A DNA stretch of 64,000 nucleotides from Pseudomonadales bacterium (GTDB lineage Bacteria; Pseudomonadota; Gammaproteobacteria; Pseudomonadales; JAUIET01), in assembly GCA_037969395.1 (NCBI GenBank), contig JBBKXJ010000018.1:20108-84107 (forward strand), in the 5' to 3' direction. Under the pieces are notes generated by a model that was not told where the DNA came from, did not search any database, and worked only from the letters and a program-made list of their open reading frames with translations. Positions 9,294 to 19,131 of the stretch are shown in pieces (position 1 is the stretch's first letter; the number at the start of each line of letters is the position of its first letter). Made by a program: the position numbers and the translations under genes.

Positions 9294-10535
9294 ATGAAGT
9301 TGTTTAGTAAAAAGCAGAAAACCCCGGCGGCCAATGCGGCGGCAGATACGCAGAACAGATCCGACGCGGATATGCAGAACACCGAGCCCGAGCTGACCGA
9401 AGAGGCTGCCGCGGCGCAGCTACCGCCGGAAATCCTGGCGCTATTGGAACCCAAACCCAGCGTGCCCGCGCCGTCACAGCCGCAACCCACTTCGCAGTCA
9501 CGAACTACTACCGCACCGCAGCCGGAGCCACAGCCACAGCCAGCGCGACCTGCCAGCCCACCGCTGCCGACAACGCCAACCCAAACTCAGGCTGAAACCC
9601 GAACAGAGACCAAAGAAGGATTGTTTGGCCGCCTCAAGAAAGGACTGCGCCGCACCGGCAGTGGCCTCAGCGATGGCATGGGCGAGCTGTTTCTGGGTAG
9701 GAAAGAGATAGATGACGAGCTGCTTGAAGAGCTGGAGAGTCTGCTGATCATGGCCGATGTTGGTATAGAAGCGACCGGTGATATTATCAACAGCCTCACA
9801 AAACGGGTGAAGCGCAAAGAACTGAAAGACGCCGAGACGCTGCAACCAGCCCTGCAGGCCGAATTACAGGCCTTACTTGAGCCGCATGCAAAACCGCTGC
9901 TGGTCGATACGCAGAAAAAACCTTTTGTTATTTTAATGGTTGGTGTCAACGGCGCCGGTAAAACTACGACTATCGGCAAGCTAGCGCAGCGCTTTCAGGC
10001 CGAAGGCCGATCGGTGATGCTCGCCGCCGGGGATACCTTTCGCGCCGCAGCGGTGGAGCAACTGCAGGTATGGGGTGAACGCAATAATGTGCCAGTGATT
10101 GCCCAACATACTGGTGCCGACAGCGCCTCGGTGATTTTCGATGCGTTGCAGGCCGCCCAGGCTCGCGCTGTAGATGTGCTGATAGCAGACACCGCTGGCC
10201 GCCTGCACAATAAAGACAATCTAATGGATGAACTAAAAAAAGTCGTGCGCGTGATGGGCAAACTTGACGCGCAGGCGCCGCATGAAGTGATGCTGGTGCT
10301 GGATGCCGGAACCGGCCAAAACGCCCTTAGTCAGGCACAACATTTTAAGGCCGCAGTCGGCGTCAGCGGAATCACGCTGACCAAGCTGGACGGCACCGCC
10401 AAAGGCGGCATTATCTTTGCGATTGCGAAAAACCTGCAGCTACCGATCCGTTATATCGGCATCGGAGAGCAGGCCAGCGACCTACGCGTATTTGAAGCGA
10501 AAGACTTTGTCAGCGCGTTGTTTTCGAGTCAGTAA
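9294..10535 (+). CDS. ftsY: Signal recognition particle receptor FtsY
   Basis: Acidic, Pro/Gln-rich A domain followed by an NG domain with GVNGAGKTTTIGKL, DTAGR and TKLDGTAKGG. Confidence 0.95.
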   Translation: MKLFSKKQKTPAANAAADTQNRSDADMQNTEPELTEEAAAAQLPPEILALLEPKPSVPAPSQPQPTSQSRTTTAPQPEPQPQPARPASPPLPTTPTQTQAETRTETKEGLFGRLKKGLRRTGSGLSDGMGELFLGRKEIDDELLEELESLLIMADVGIEATGDIINSLTKRVKRKELKDAETLQPALQAELQALLEPHAKPLLVDTQKKPFVILMVGVNGAGKTTTIGKLAQRFQAEGRSVMLAAGDTFRAAAVEQLQVWGERNNVPVIAQHTGADSASVIFDALQAAQARAVDVLIADTAGRLHNKDNLMDELKKVVRVMGKLDAQAPHEVMLVLDAGTGQNALSQAQHFKAAVGVSGITLTKLDGTAKGGIIFAIAKNLQLPIRYIGIGEQASDLRVFEAKDFVSALFSSQ

Positions 10536-10538
10536 GCC

Positions 10539-11219
10539 ATGATAGAGTTTGATAGGGTCAGCAAGCGCTATGACAACGGTTATGAGGCGTTACTTGACCT
10601 GTCATTTCGTATCGAACGCAAAGAGATGGTGTTTTTGACCGGCCGTTCGGGCGCCGGCAAAAGCACATTGTTGAAGTTGATTATGTTGATGGAGCGTGCC
10701 ACGCAGGGGGAAGTACGAATTGCCGGGCAGAATCTGAATGCGATGTCCAGACGGCAGATCCCGTATCTGCGTCGCGAAATTGGCGTGGTATTCCAGAATC
10801 ATCAACTTTTGTTCGACCGCAGCGTGTTCGACAACGTCGCCTTGCCGCTGCATATCGCTGGTTATCGGGCCCGCGAGGTCGGCCGCCGCGTGCGCGCTGC
10901 GTTGGCCAAGGTGGGTTTGGAACGCTATGAAAAGCAAAATCCCCTGACATTGTCTGGTGGTGAACAACAGCGCGTCGGTATCGCGCGTGCGGTGGTTAAT
11001 AAGCCCAGCCTCTTGCTGGCGGATGAGCCGACCGGCAATCTGGATCCCGGCTTGTCTGCCGATGTGATGAGTTTATTTGAACAGTTTAACCAGGTGGGAG
11101 TGACCATATTGATCGCCTCGCATGACCTCTCGCTGATAGCGCGCTTGCAGCATCGAATCATTACCTTGCGTGAGGGTCGACTTCTTTCTTCCGCTGTAAA
11201 TCCCGGCAATGTCCGATAA
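10539..11219 (+). CDS. ftsE: Cell division ATP-binding protein FtsE
   Basis: ABC ATPase with Walker A GRSGAGKST, signature LSGGEQQR and Walker B LLLADEP. Confidence 0.95.
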   Translation: MIEFDRVSKRYDNGYEALLDLSFRIERKEMVFLTGRSGAGKSTLLKLIMLMERATQGEVRIAGQNLNAMSRRQIPYLRREIGVVFQNHQLLFDRSVFDNVALPLHIAGYRAREVGRRVRAALAKVGLERYEKQNPLTLSGGEQQRVGIARAVVNKPSLLLADEPTGNLDPGLSADVMSLFEQFNQVGVTILIASHDLSLIARLQHRIITLREGRLLSSAVNPGNVR

Positions 11220-12213
11220 TTACCAGCGCCCTTCAAGGCGCGCAGAGCGGCCGCGAGCGGCAGGCGCCAGTCTGCTGCAGGCGCGCTGGACCACACGGTT
11301 AAAATCGTGGGTGTTACATCATCGTCAAACCGCAAAAGAAAGCGCGCGTCGGTTGATAAAAGCGCCGTGGTCGACGTTTACGACATGTTTGGTCCTTGGT
11401 ATTGCGCTGGCATTGCCAAGCGGGCTGTACGTGCTGTTAAAGAATGTCGAAAACCTGAGTGCTGGCTGGCAGGGCGCGGCGCAGATTACCCTGTATTTAC
11501 GCGACGCTGTCAGTGACGCGCAGGGACAGAAGCTGGCCGCCAGGCTGAGTAGCCGTGACACGATAGCCGCCGCCGACTATGTCGCACGCGAGCAAACGCT
11601 GGCTGAGTTCAAACAACAGTCCGGCTTTGGCGATATTATTGATAGCCTCGATAGCAATCCATTGCCGGCGGTCATTAGCGTAGTGCTGGCCGATGTACCT
11701 GATCTGCCGAAGCTGAGTGAAAAGCTGCTGGCAGAACTCGATCAGCTGGAGGCGGTGGAATCGGCGCAACTCGATCTGGCCTGGCTGCAGCGTCTTTATC
11801 AGATGATGGAACTGGGGCGTCGTTTCGCCTGGGTGCTGGCGACGCTGCTGGCGCTGGGCGTGGTGTTGATTATCGGCAATACCATTCGCCTGAGCATCGA
11901 GAGTCGGCGCGCCGAAATCGTTATAGTCAAACTGGTAGGAGGCACCAACGCCTTCGTGCGTCGCCCGTTTTTGTATTATGGACTTTGGTATGGTTTTGGC
12001 GGCGCGTTGTGTGCGTCGCTGGTGCTGTTGATAGCCTATTACTGGCTACAAACGCCGTTGACTGCGTTAGCCTCACTGTATGCCGATGAGGCTGAATTCA
12101 GCGGGCTCGGTGTGCGCGATACGCTGCTGATGTGGCTGGCGGCGTGCGTACTGGGTGTGTTCGGCGCGTGGCTTGCGGTGGCCCGGCACCTTGGGGCGAT
12201 CGAACCGCGCTGA
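11209..12213 (+). CDS. ftsX: Cell division permease-like protein FtsX
   Basis: Overlaps ftsE by 11 nt. It has 4 predicted TM segments and a periplasmic domain, in the ftsYEX context. Confidence 0.9.
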   Translation: MSDNYQRPSRRAERPRAAGASLLQARWTTRLKSWVLHHRQTAKESARRLIKAPWSTFTTCLVLGIALALPSGLYVLLKNVENLSAGWQGAAQITLYLRDAVSDAQGQKLAARLSSRDTIAAADYVAREQTLAEFKQQSGFGDIIDSLDSNPLPAVISVVLADVPDLPKLSEKLLAELDQLEAVESAQLDLAWLQRLYQMMELGRRFAWVLATLLALGVVLIIGNTIRLSIESRRAEIVIVKLVGGTNAFVRRPFLYYGLWYGFGGALCASLVLLIAYYWLQTPLTALASLYADEAEFSGLGVRDTLLMWLAACVLGVFGAWLAVARHLGAIEPR

Positions 12214-12281
12214 TTCGCTGTACAAATAGTGCACACTATATCGTGGTAACACATCCTGATTGTTACTATTTGACACAAAAA

Positions 12282-12308
12282 GGAACTTCAGCCGCATTAG
12301 CACTCTAA
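12282..12308 (+). promoter_or_regulatory. Candidate sigmaE/AlgU-type promoter upstream of rpoH
   Basis: GGAACTT (12282-12288), 15-nt spacer, TCTAA (12304-12308). It resembles GAACTT-N16-TCTGA but the spacer is one nt short. Confidence 0.3.
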
Positions 12309-12372
12309 GTTAGGGAGTGCTAAAATGCAGTAGCGTTTAAATGCACGCAGTAAATTCGAGGGGGAGAGGCTT

Positions 12373-13224
12373 ATGAACAACGACCTACAGGCTACACAGG
12401 TGCTGGTACCGGGTGCCAGTCTGTCGAGTTATATTCAAAACGTCAGCGCGGTGCCTATTCTTACCCAGGAGCGCGAGAGCGAGCTTGCAAGAGCGCTGCA
12501 CTATGACGGTGATCTCGATGCAGCCCGCGAACTGGTGATGGCACACTTGCGCTTCGTGGTACACATCGCCAAATCTTATACGGGTTATGGTCTGTCGCAG
12601 GCGGACCTTATTCAGGAAGGCAACGTCGGCTTGATGAAAGCGGTCAAACGCTTCGACCCTGAGCGGGGCGTACGGCTGGTGTCATTCGCTGTGCACTGGA
12701 TTAAAGCCGAAATACATGAATATGTGATTCGCAACTGGCGTATCGTTAAGATTGCCACCACCAAAGCGCAGCGTAAATTATTTTTTAACCTGCGCAGTAG
12801 CAAGCAAAGGCTAGCATGGCTTACCCATGATGAAGCGACGGCAGTGGCCGCAGATCTCGGCGTTGAACTCAAGGACGTGCAGCAGATGGAAGGCCGCTTG
12901 ACGTCGCTGGATGTCGCTTTCGACGGCGCGCCGGAAGAAGACGAAGAACGAGCATACGCTCCGATGCATTACCTGGAAGATTTGGAGGCCGACCCGGCTA
13001 CCAGCCTGGAGCAGGCCGACTGGGAAGAGAACAGTAACAATGGCCTGTACGCTGCGCTCGATAATCTCGACGAGCGTAGTCGCGACATCGTTCAGCAGCG
13101 CTGGCTAAGCGAGGCGAAAGCCACCTTGCATGAGCTGGCAAAAAAATATCACGTCTCGGCCGAACGTATACGTCAACTCGAGCAAAATGCCATGAAAAAA
13201 GTTAAGTTGAGCCTGGCAGCCTAA
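12373..13224 (+). CDS. rpoH: RNA polymerase sigma-32 (heat shock sigma factor)
   Basis: The RpoH box is QRKLFFNLR. Region 2 is [36 protein letters not shown]. It follows ftsX as in E. coli and Pseudomonas. Confidence 0.95.
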   Translation: MNNDLQATQVLVPGASLSSYIQNVSAVPILTQERESELARALHYDGDLDAARELVMAHLRFVVHIAKSYTGYGLSQADLIQEGNVGLMKAVKRFDPERGVRLVSFAVHWIKAEIHEYVIRNWRIVKIATTKAQRKLFFNLRSSKQRLAWLTHDEATAVAADLGVELKDVQQMEGRLTSLDVAFDGAPEEDEERAYAPMHYLEDLEADPATSLEQADWEENSNNGLYAALDNLDERSRDIVQQRWLSEAKATLHELAKKYHVSAERIRQLEQNAMKKVKLSLAA

Positions 13225-13245
13225 GCTGCGCCCGACAGTTCGATT

Positions 13246-13272
13246 AAAGCCCGCCAGTTGCGGGCTTTTTGC
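13246..13272 (+). terminator. Rho-independent terminator after rpoH
   Basis: Stem AGCCCGC (13248-13254) pairs with GCGGGCT (13260-13266), with a 5-nt loop, followed by TTTTTGCTTTTT. Confidence 0.75.
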
Positions 13273-13310
13273 TTTTTAAATGGTGATGTAACGACGAGTT
13301 GGAGGCAACG

Positions 13311-13685
13311 ATGGCGAAGTTTTATTTACTGTCAGGCGGTGTGCTGGGCTTTCTGGCAGTGGCCTTAGGCGCGTTTGGTGCGCACGGCTTAAAAAGTCGT
13401 CTCACCGAAGATATGCTCGCCGTGTTCCAAACGGGCGTAACTTACCACATGTCGCATGCGCTGGCGTTGCTGTTAACGGCGACGCTGATGCTGCATTGGC
13501 CACAATCGCTGGCACTGAAATGGAGCGCGGCCTGTTTTCTATTGGGGGTGTTGGTTTTTTCCGGTTCGCTGTATGCGCTGAGCGTGACCGGCATCCGCTG
13601 GCTGGGTGCCATTACGCCGCTTGGTGGTTTGACCTTGTTGCTGGGCTGGGCAGCGTTTATATACGCGGTATATAACCAGGCATGA
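13311..13685 (+). CDS. DUF423 (YgdD-like) small membrane protein
   Basis: ATG 13311 follows GGAGG. The protein is MAKFYLLSGGVLGFLAVALGAFGAHGL... with four hydrophobic helices. Confidence 0.8.
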   Translation: MAKFYLLSGGVLGFLAVALGAFGAHGLKSRLTEDMLAVFQTGVTYHMSHALALLLTATLMLHWPQSLALKWSAACFLLGVLVFSGSLYALSVTGIRWLGAITPLGGLTLLLGWAAFIYAVYNQA

Positions 13686-14383
13686 ACGCTGCGTCCACCA
13701 GTCCCCGACAACGCCCCATTCGTAGTTTCGTGCTGCGCGGCGGTCGGATAACAGACGGTCAACGTAAAGCGTTCGAAGCGAACTGGCCGCGCTATGGACT
13801 GAATCTGGAAGACGGCGTGTTGAACTATGCCGACATGTTCCAGCGCAAGGCGAATACCGTGCTCGAAATCGGTTTCGGCATGGGCGACTCGCTGCTGCAA
13901 ATGGCGCAGGCAGCACCTGACAGTAACTTTATCGGGGTCGAGGTACACCCGCCCGGCGTCGGCAGGCTGCTGGCTGATATAGATCGCCAGCATTTAGCCA
14001 ATCTCCGCATTTATCAGGCCGATGCGCTCGACGTACTGCGACAGTGCATTGCGGACGAGAGCCTCTCGTGTGTACAAATCTTTTTCCCCGACCCCTGGCA
14101 CAAAAAGCGCCACCACAAACGCCGGCTAATCCAACCCGAGTTTGTAGAACTGCTATGTGCCAAGCTGGTCGGCAATGGCGTTTTGCATATAGCCACCGAT
14201 TGGCAGCCTTACGCCGAACATTGCATGCAGGTGTTGCAAGCCAGTTCAAATTTGCGCAATTGTGCCGGCGCTGACGACTTTTCGCCACGCCCGCAGCACC
14301 GCCCGTTGACCAAGTTTGAGCAACGCGGCCAGCGTTTGGGGCATGGGGTGTGGGATCTTATTTTTGAGCGCAAGGGCTCATAG
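13682..14383 (+). CDS. trmB: tRNA (guanine46-N7)-methyltransferase
   Basis: Contains LEIGFGMGDSLLQMA, FIGVEVHPPGVG and FFPDPWHKKRHHKRR, which are TrmB signatures. Confidence 0.92.
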   Translation: MNAASTSPRQRPIRSFVLRGGRITDGQRKAFEANWPRYGLNLEDGVLNYADMFQRKANTVLEIGFGMGDSLLQMAQAAPDSNFIGVEVHPPGVGRLLADIDRQHLANLRIYQADALDVLRQCIADESLSCVQIFFPDPWHKKRHHKRRLIQPEFVELLCAKLVGNGVLHIATDWQPYAEHCMQVLQASSNLRNCAGADDFSPRPQHRPLTKFEQRGQRLGHGVWDLIFERKGS

Positions 14384-14575
14384 AGCGGAGCCAGAAAGCA
14401 ACACCTGGTTTGCCATGAACGAAACGGCAACAAACTGTTTGCACTTCGTCTTCACTATTTACTACTGCAGTGTCGCGCGATAATGACCGCGTACAAACGC
14501 TGCATACTCCTCGGCGTGGCTTTATTATTTTGTTACCGACGGTAAGCCTGGTATGGACGCGATCGCGATAAAAAA

Positions 14576-15709
14576 CTAGATAAAAACCTCCAGCAAATCA
14601 TTTAAAAAACGCCGACCAAGCGTTGTGGTTCGAATACGTCCGCCATTGGCAGTCAGCAACTCCTGATCAACCAGGCCTTCAAGTTGCTGCTCAATCATCT
14701 GCACAGATAAGCCCGTTCTTGTTTCGAACAACTCCGTTTGAAAACCCGCATTCAAGCGCAGCGCGTTCATCAGAAACTCAAACGGTAGCTCAGCCTGGCT
14801 GAGTGCCCGCTCGCCTGCTAACAATGTGTCGGGCTGCTGCATATAAGCGTCGGGTTGGCGTACTTTCCAATAGCGTGAAATGGTCTCGGCTGTAGTGATT
14901 TTTCCATGCGCGCCGGCGCCAAGGCCAAGATAGTCCCCGAATTGCCAATAGTTGAGATTGTGTTCGCTTGCCGCGCCGCGCCGGCTCCAGGCAGATACCT
15001 CGTATTGGGTGAAGCCATTGTCGAGCAGCAACTGCCCGCCGCGCTCATCAATCGCGGCGAGGGTCGCCTCGTCAGGTAGTACTGGTGGTTGGCTATAAAA
15101 TCGAGTGTTGGGCTCGATTGTTAGTTGATACCAGGAAATATGCGCAGCTCCGTATTCTATGCCGCGCTGCAGATCGGCGACGGCGTGGTCGCTGCTTTGT
15201 GTCGGCAAGCCGTGCATCAAATCAATATTCCATTTTTCAAACCCCGCCGCAATAACTCCTTCTATGGCCGTGCCGGATTCCGCCGCAGTGTGAATGCGTC
15301 CCAGTGTTTGCAGGTGACAGTCGTTAAAGCTTTGCACACCAAGCGATATGCGATTAATGCCGGCGGCTTTAAAGCCGGCAAATTTGCCACGCTCGATCGT
15401 GCCAGGGTTGGCTTCGAGGGTGATTTCGGCAGTGCTGCTTACGTCTAATTCTGTGTGCAGCATGTCTAACACGCCTGCTATGCCGGCGACCGAGAACAAG
15501 CTGGGGGTGCCGCCGCCAATAAATATAGACGTGATCGCGCGACCTTGCACCTGCGGTAAATCACAGTGCAAGTCACGCTGCAGGGCGGCAAGATAATTGG
15601 CTTCGGGTAACCTGCCTGGCGCGGCATGCGAATTAAAATCGCAGTAAGGACACTTTTTAGCACACCAGGGTAAATGAACGTAAACGCTGAGCGGCGGTAG
15701 TTCGGTCAT
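14576..15709 (-). CDS. hemW: Radical SAM heme chaperone HemW (HemN-like, oxygen-independent coproporphyrinogen oxidase family)
   Basis: YVHLPWCAKKCPYCDFNS carries the CxxxCxxC radical SAM cluster. 377 aa, downstream of rdgB as is typical. Confidence 0.9.
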   Translation of the reverse strand: MTELPPLSVYVHLPWCAKKCPYCDFNSHAAPGRLPEANYLAALQRDLHCDLPQVQGRAITSIFIGGGTPSLFSVAGIAGVLDMLHTELDVSSTAEITLEANPGTIERGKFAGFKAAGINRISLGVQSFNDCHLQTLGRIHTAAESGTAIEGVIAAGFEKWNIDLMHGLPTQSSDHAVADLQRGIEYGAAHISWYQLTIEPNTRFYSQPPVLPDEATLAAIDERGGQLLLDNGFTQYEVSAWSRRGAASEHNLNYWQFGDYLGLGAGAHGKITTAETISRYWKVRQPDAYMQQPDTLLAGERALSQAELPFEFLMNALRLNAGFQTELFETRTGLSVQMIEQQLEGLVDQELLTANGGRIRTTTLGRRFLNDLLEVFI

Positions 15710-16326
15710 TGTTTAGCGCGAAAGTTTTTTTCAATCGCGAGAGCTTTTGTGAGCTGTTGCAAGGCCTGGCCACGGTGGCTGATTTTATTCTTCAGGTCGC
15801 GCGGCAGCTCGGCCGAAGAGCAGCCATGCTCGGTCACAAAGAATAGCGGATCGTAACCGAATCCGTCTGCGCCCTGTTTGGCTGACAATATTTCACCGGG
15901 CCAGCTACCCTCACAAATAATAGGTACCGGATCCTGGGCATCGCGCATAAAAACCAGCGAGCAACGGAAATAGGCAGCGCGCTGCTCTCCCTTCAAGTCT
16001 TGCATAGCCTGCAACAATTTCTCGTTGTTGTCATTGTCACTGGCGTCTTCACCCGCGTAGCGGGCCGAATAAATTCCGGGCGCCCCCTGCAACGCAGCGA
16101 CCACCAGGCCGGAGTCATCGGCAATCGCCGGCATGCCGGACTGCTGACTGGCGTGGCGCGCCTTAATCAGTGCGTTCTCGACGAAAGTCAGCCCGTCTTC
16201 GACGGCATCTGTAATGCCTAGCTCGCTCTGAGGCACTACTTTAATGTCGCTGCCCGCCAACATAGCCTGTAACTCTCGCAGCTTGCCGACGTTGGAGCTT
16301 GCCAGTACTACCTGTAGTCCATCCAT
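15706..16326 (-). CDS. rdgB: dITP/XTP pyrophosphatase
   Basis: VVLASSNVGKLRELQ...FGYDPLF...ISHRGQAL, of the Ham1/RdgB family. Confidence 0.92.
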   Translation of the reverse strand: MDGLQVVLASSNVGKLRELQAMLAGSDIKVVPQSELGITDAVEDGLTFVENALIKARHASQQSGMPAIADDSGLVVAALQGAPGIYSARYAGEDASDNDNNEKLLQAMQDLKGEQRAAYFRCSLVFMRDAQDPVPIICEGSWPGEILSAKQGADGFGYDPLFFVTEHGCSSAELPRDLKNKISHRGQALQQLTKALAIEKNFRAKQ

Positions 16327-16757
16327 CAGTCGACGTACATGGTTTTTTTGAATTCCAGAGTAAAGCTCTCTTGCGCGCTGACTCTTATATCGATTACAAA
16401 GCGGGAAAACTCTTCGTTAATAATCTTGAATTCGCTGATGTAATAGATAGCATCCTGTTCTTTGATCTCGGTAAACTTCAAATCATATGGCCGCATCAAA
16501 TCATGGCGCACACCCTCCAATTCGGCTTGTTGCGCTACCGTTGCCTGCCCGCCAGTGCGTTTTCTAATGGCTATATTCAGCAGCATGCGGTTGTCGGCTC
16601 GCACGATGTCGTACACTTTAGCAACCTGCGCCGGAATGTGGCGCGTGTTGACCAGACTGTAATGCACTTCGTAGTCACCGAACTGCTGCATTTGTTCGGC
16701 CTGCGCCGGGTTGAGCGATGCCAGCCACAGTAGACTGCTGAGGAGGATTTTTTTCAT
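16326..16757 (-). CDS. DUF4426 exported protein
   Basis: Signal peptide [20 protein letters not shown]. Its position between metW and rdgB is the same as in Pseudomonas. Confidence 0.7.
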   Translation of the reverse strand: MKKILLSSLLWLASLNPAQAEQMQQFGDYEVHYSLVNTRHIPAQVAKVYDIVRADNRMLLNIAIRKRTGGQATVAQQAELEGVRHDLMRPYDLKFTEIKEQDAIYYISEFKIINEEFSRFVIDIRVSAQESFTLEFKKTMYVD

Positions 16758-17344
16758 TTACTGATCCGGTAAATTGCGTTTACGGCAAACAGATTAGGCC
16801 AGCGCTGCGCCAGCCACGGGCTGCGGTCTTTCATATTAACGAACGCGCGGTCGAGGATGCGAATAGCCATGTTGGCACACAGCGCTTCGAAGTCGCGCAC
16901 CGTGCAGAAGTGGATATTGGGCGTATCGTACCAGGAGTAAGGCATAAATTTTGACACGGGCATTCTGCCGCGTGTACCCAAATAGTAGCGACAGCGCCAG
17001 TGAGCGAAGTTTGGAAAAATAATAACGCCCTCCTGGCCAATGCGCAGCATCTCCTCGACGGCTACATGCGGGTAATGAACGGCCTGCAGCGCCTGCGACA
17101 TAATGACCGTATCGAAACTGGCGTCTGCGAAATTATCCAAACCCGCGTCAATATTTTGTTCGATTACGTTGATGCCGTTGCCAATTGCCTGGGTGATTTT
17201 AGCGTAGTCTATCTCCAGCCCGTAGCCGGTGACGCTTTTGGTTTGCATCAGCGAGCGAAGCAGACTGCCGTCACCACAGCCAAGATCCAGCACGCTGGCA
17301 TTCGGTTTAATCCAGCGTTCGATTATGTCGGTTGTGGTACTCAC
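16754..17344 (-). CDS. metW: Methionine biosynthesis protein MetW
   Basis: Contains [12 protein letters not shown], the SAM-MTase-like fold motif. It overlaps the metX stop by 4 nt. Confidence 0.9.
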   Translation of the reverse strand: MSTTTDIIERWIKPNASVLDLGCGDGSLLRSLMQTKSVTGYGLEIDYAKITQAIGNGINVIEQNIDAGLDNFADASFDTVIMSQALQAVHYPHVAVEEMLRIGQEGVIIFPNFAHWRCRYYLGTRGRMPVSKFMPYSWYDTPNIHFCTVRDFEALCANMAIRILDRAFVNMKDRSPWLAQRWPNLFAVNAIYRISK

Positions 17345-18492
17345 GCCAGCGTCGCTCTCACGCGCTGCATATAAGCGGAGAACACTTCGAGATAGCGCGG
17401 TATAGGCATTAAAAACCCGTCGTGGCCCTCTTTAGCAATAATTTCAGCGTAACTTACCGCCTTTTGCGCGCCGATCAGCGCATTGTAGATTTCGCGCGAC
17501 CGCTCGGGAGCGAAACGCCAGTCGCTGGTGAAGGATATCAACATAAAGTCGCACAGTGCGTTACTGAATGCGCGCACCGGATCATCGCCATACTCACGGG
17601 CCAGGTCAAAGTAATCCAGCGCGTGCGTCATTAATAGATAGGTGTTGGCATCGAAGTTGTCGGAGAAGGTATCGCCCTGATGGCGCAAATAACTCTGTAC
17701 CTGAAATTCGATGGCTTCGTCAGCGCCCGCCGCAAAGCTGCCCGAGCGTAAGTTGCGGCCGAACTTATTGCCCATCGCTTCATCTGAGAGATAAGTGATA
17801 TGGCCTATCATGCGGGCGATTGCCAGGCCGCGCTTGGGGTTTGTACCGTGCGTAAGATAATAGCCGTCTTTGAAATCCGGGTCTGAAATAATCGCCTGCC
17901 GCGCCGTTTCGTTGAACGCGATATTCTGTGCCGTGAGCTTCATGGCTGACGCGATGACAACGGCGTGACGTAAGCGCTGCGGGTACTCCAGCGCCCAGCG
18001 CAGTGCCTGCATGCCGCCCAGGCTGCCGCCTACAACCGCCGCCCATTGATCGATGCCCAACAGGTCGGCCAGTCGCGCCTGACAATGAACCCAATCGCGC
18101 GCGCGCAGGTGCGGAAAGTCCGGACCATAGATTTTACCGGTCTGCGGATTAATACTGCGAGGCCCCGTGCTGCCGCCGCAGCCACCAATATTATTCGAAC
18201 TCACCACAAAGAAGTCGTTGGTATCGATGGCCTTGCCCGGGCCGATGCAGCTGTCCCACCAGCCAGGTTTGCGATCATCGGCGTTGTGATAACCGGCGGC
18301 GTGATGGTCGCTGCTTAAGGCGTGGCAAATCAGTACGGCGTTGCTTCTGGCGGCATTCAGTTCGCCGTAAGTTTCATAAACCAGTTCGTACTCAGACAAG
18401 GTGTAGCCGGAGAACAGCGTAAGCGGTTCCGTAAAACGCTGCGTAGTTGGTTTTATCAGGCCAACCGAATCGTTGGGGAAGTGTGCCGACAT
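17341..18492 (-). CDS. metX: Homoserine O-acyltransferase (MetX family)
   Basis: Alpha/beta hydrolase with [12 protein letters not shown] as the nucleophile elbow. 383 aa, paired with metW. Confidence 0.92.
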   Translation of the reverse strand: MSAHFPNDSVGLIKPTTQRFTEPLTLFSGYTLSEYELVYETYGELNAARSNAVLICHALSSDHHAAGYHNADDRKPGWWDSCIGPGKAIDTNDFFVVSSNNIGGCGGSTGPRSINPQTGKIYGPDFPHLRARDWVHCQARLADLLGIDQWAAVVGGSLGGMQALRWALEYPQRLRHAVVIASAMKLTAQNIAFNETARQAIISDPDFKDGYYLTHGTNPKRGLAIARMIGHITYLSDEAMGNKFGRNLRSGSFAAGADEAIEFQVQSYLRHQGDTFSDNFDANTYLLMTHALDYFDLAREYGDDPVRAFSNALCDFMLISFTSDWRFAPERSREIYNALIGAQKAVSYAEIIAKEGHDGFLMPIPRYLEVFSAYMQRVRATLA

Positions 18493-18522
18493 TTATTGCG
18501 CTTTTATTCTGCTGCCACCGGC

Positions 18523-19110
18523 TTACATGCCTAACACGAAGCGTGACGGCAACGACACCGCCTGCGCCGCATGGCCGAGCGCGATCTGCAATACCTGAAT
18601 GGTAATGAATAACAAAATAGGTGACAGATCGATGCCACCGATAGCCGGTATGAGCTTGCGAAATGGGGCCATCACCGGTTCCGTAAACTGGCGTAACAGC
18701 AGTATGCTCGGATGACTGCTGTGGGGCGCGACCCAGCTCACCACGATGCTGGCGATTATGGTGAAAAGGTAGATGTTTAAAATCAAAGCAAGAATGCCGA
18801 TTAATCCCCACACCAGCATATACAGTGGATTGATGGGACTGAAACCTTGTAGCACCAGTAGTATCGTGGTTGCCAGCAGCTGCACCAACAACGCCAGCAC
18901 CACGGCAGCCATATCAATACCGCCCACACCGGGAATAAAGCGCCGTAGCGGTAACAGTAGAGGATTGGTCAGCTTAACAATAAACTGTGAAATAGGATTA
19001 TAAAAGTCCGCACGCGCAACCTGCATCAACAAACGCAGCACCACGACGATCAAGAAAAAAGTTAGCAAGGTCTGCACTAAAAACGTGCCGATGTCTGACA
19101 CAAGGCCCAT
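18523..19110 (-). CDS. yggT: YggT family membrane protein
   Basis: 195 aa with two YGGT-type repeats of hydrophobic helices, in the yggS-proC-yggT context. Confidence 0.85.
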   Translation of the reverse strand: MGLVSDIGTFLVQTLLTFFLIVVVLRLLMQVARADFYNPISQFIVKLTNPLLLPLRRFIPGVGGIDMAAVVLALLVQLLATTILLVLQGFSPINPLYMLVWGLIGILALILNIYLFTIIASIVVSWVAPHSSHPSILLLRQFTEPVMAPFRKLIPAIGGIDLSPILLFITIQVLQIALGHAAQAVSLPSRFVLGM

Positions 19111-19131
19111 GCGTTGGTACTCCGTTTAATT

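Noticed and set aside
13442-13993. 183-aa and 125-aa minus-strand ORFs across the DUF423 gene and trmB
   Set aside because: They are antisense to two genes with clear family signatures, and their translations are Arg/Ala/Pro-rich with no motifs.
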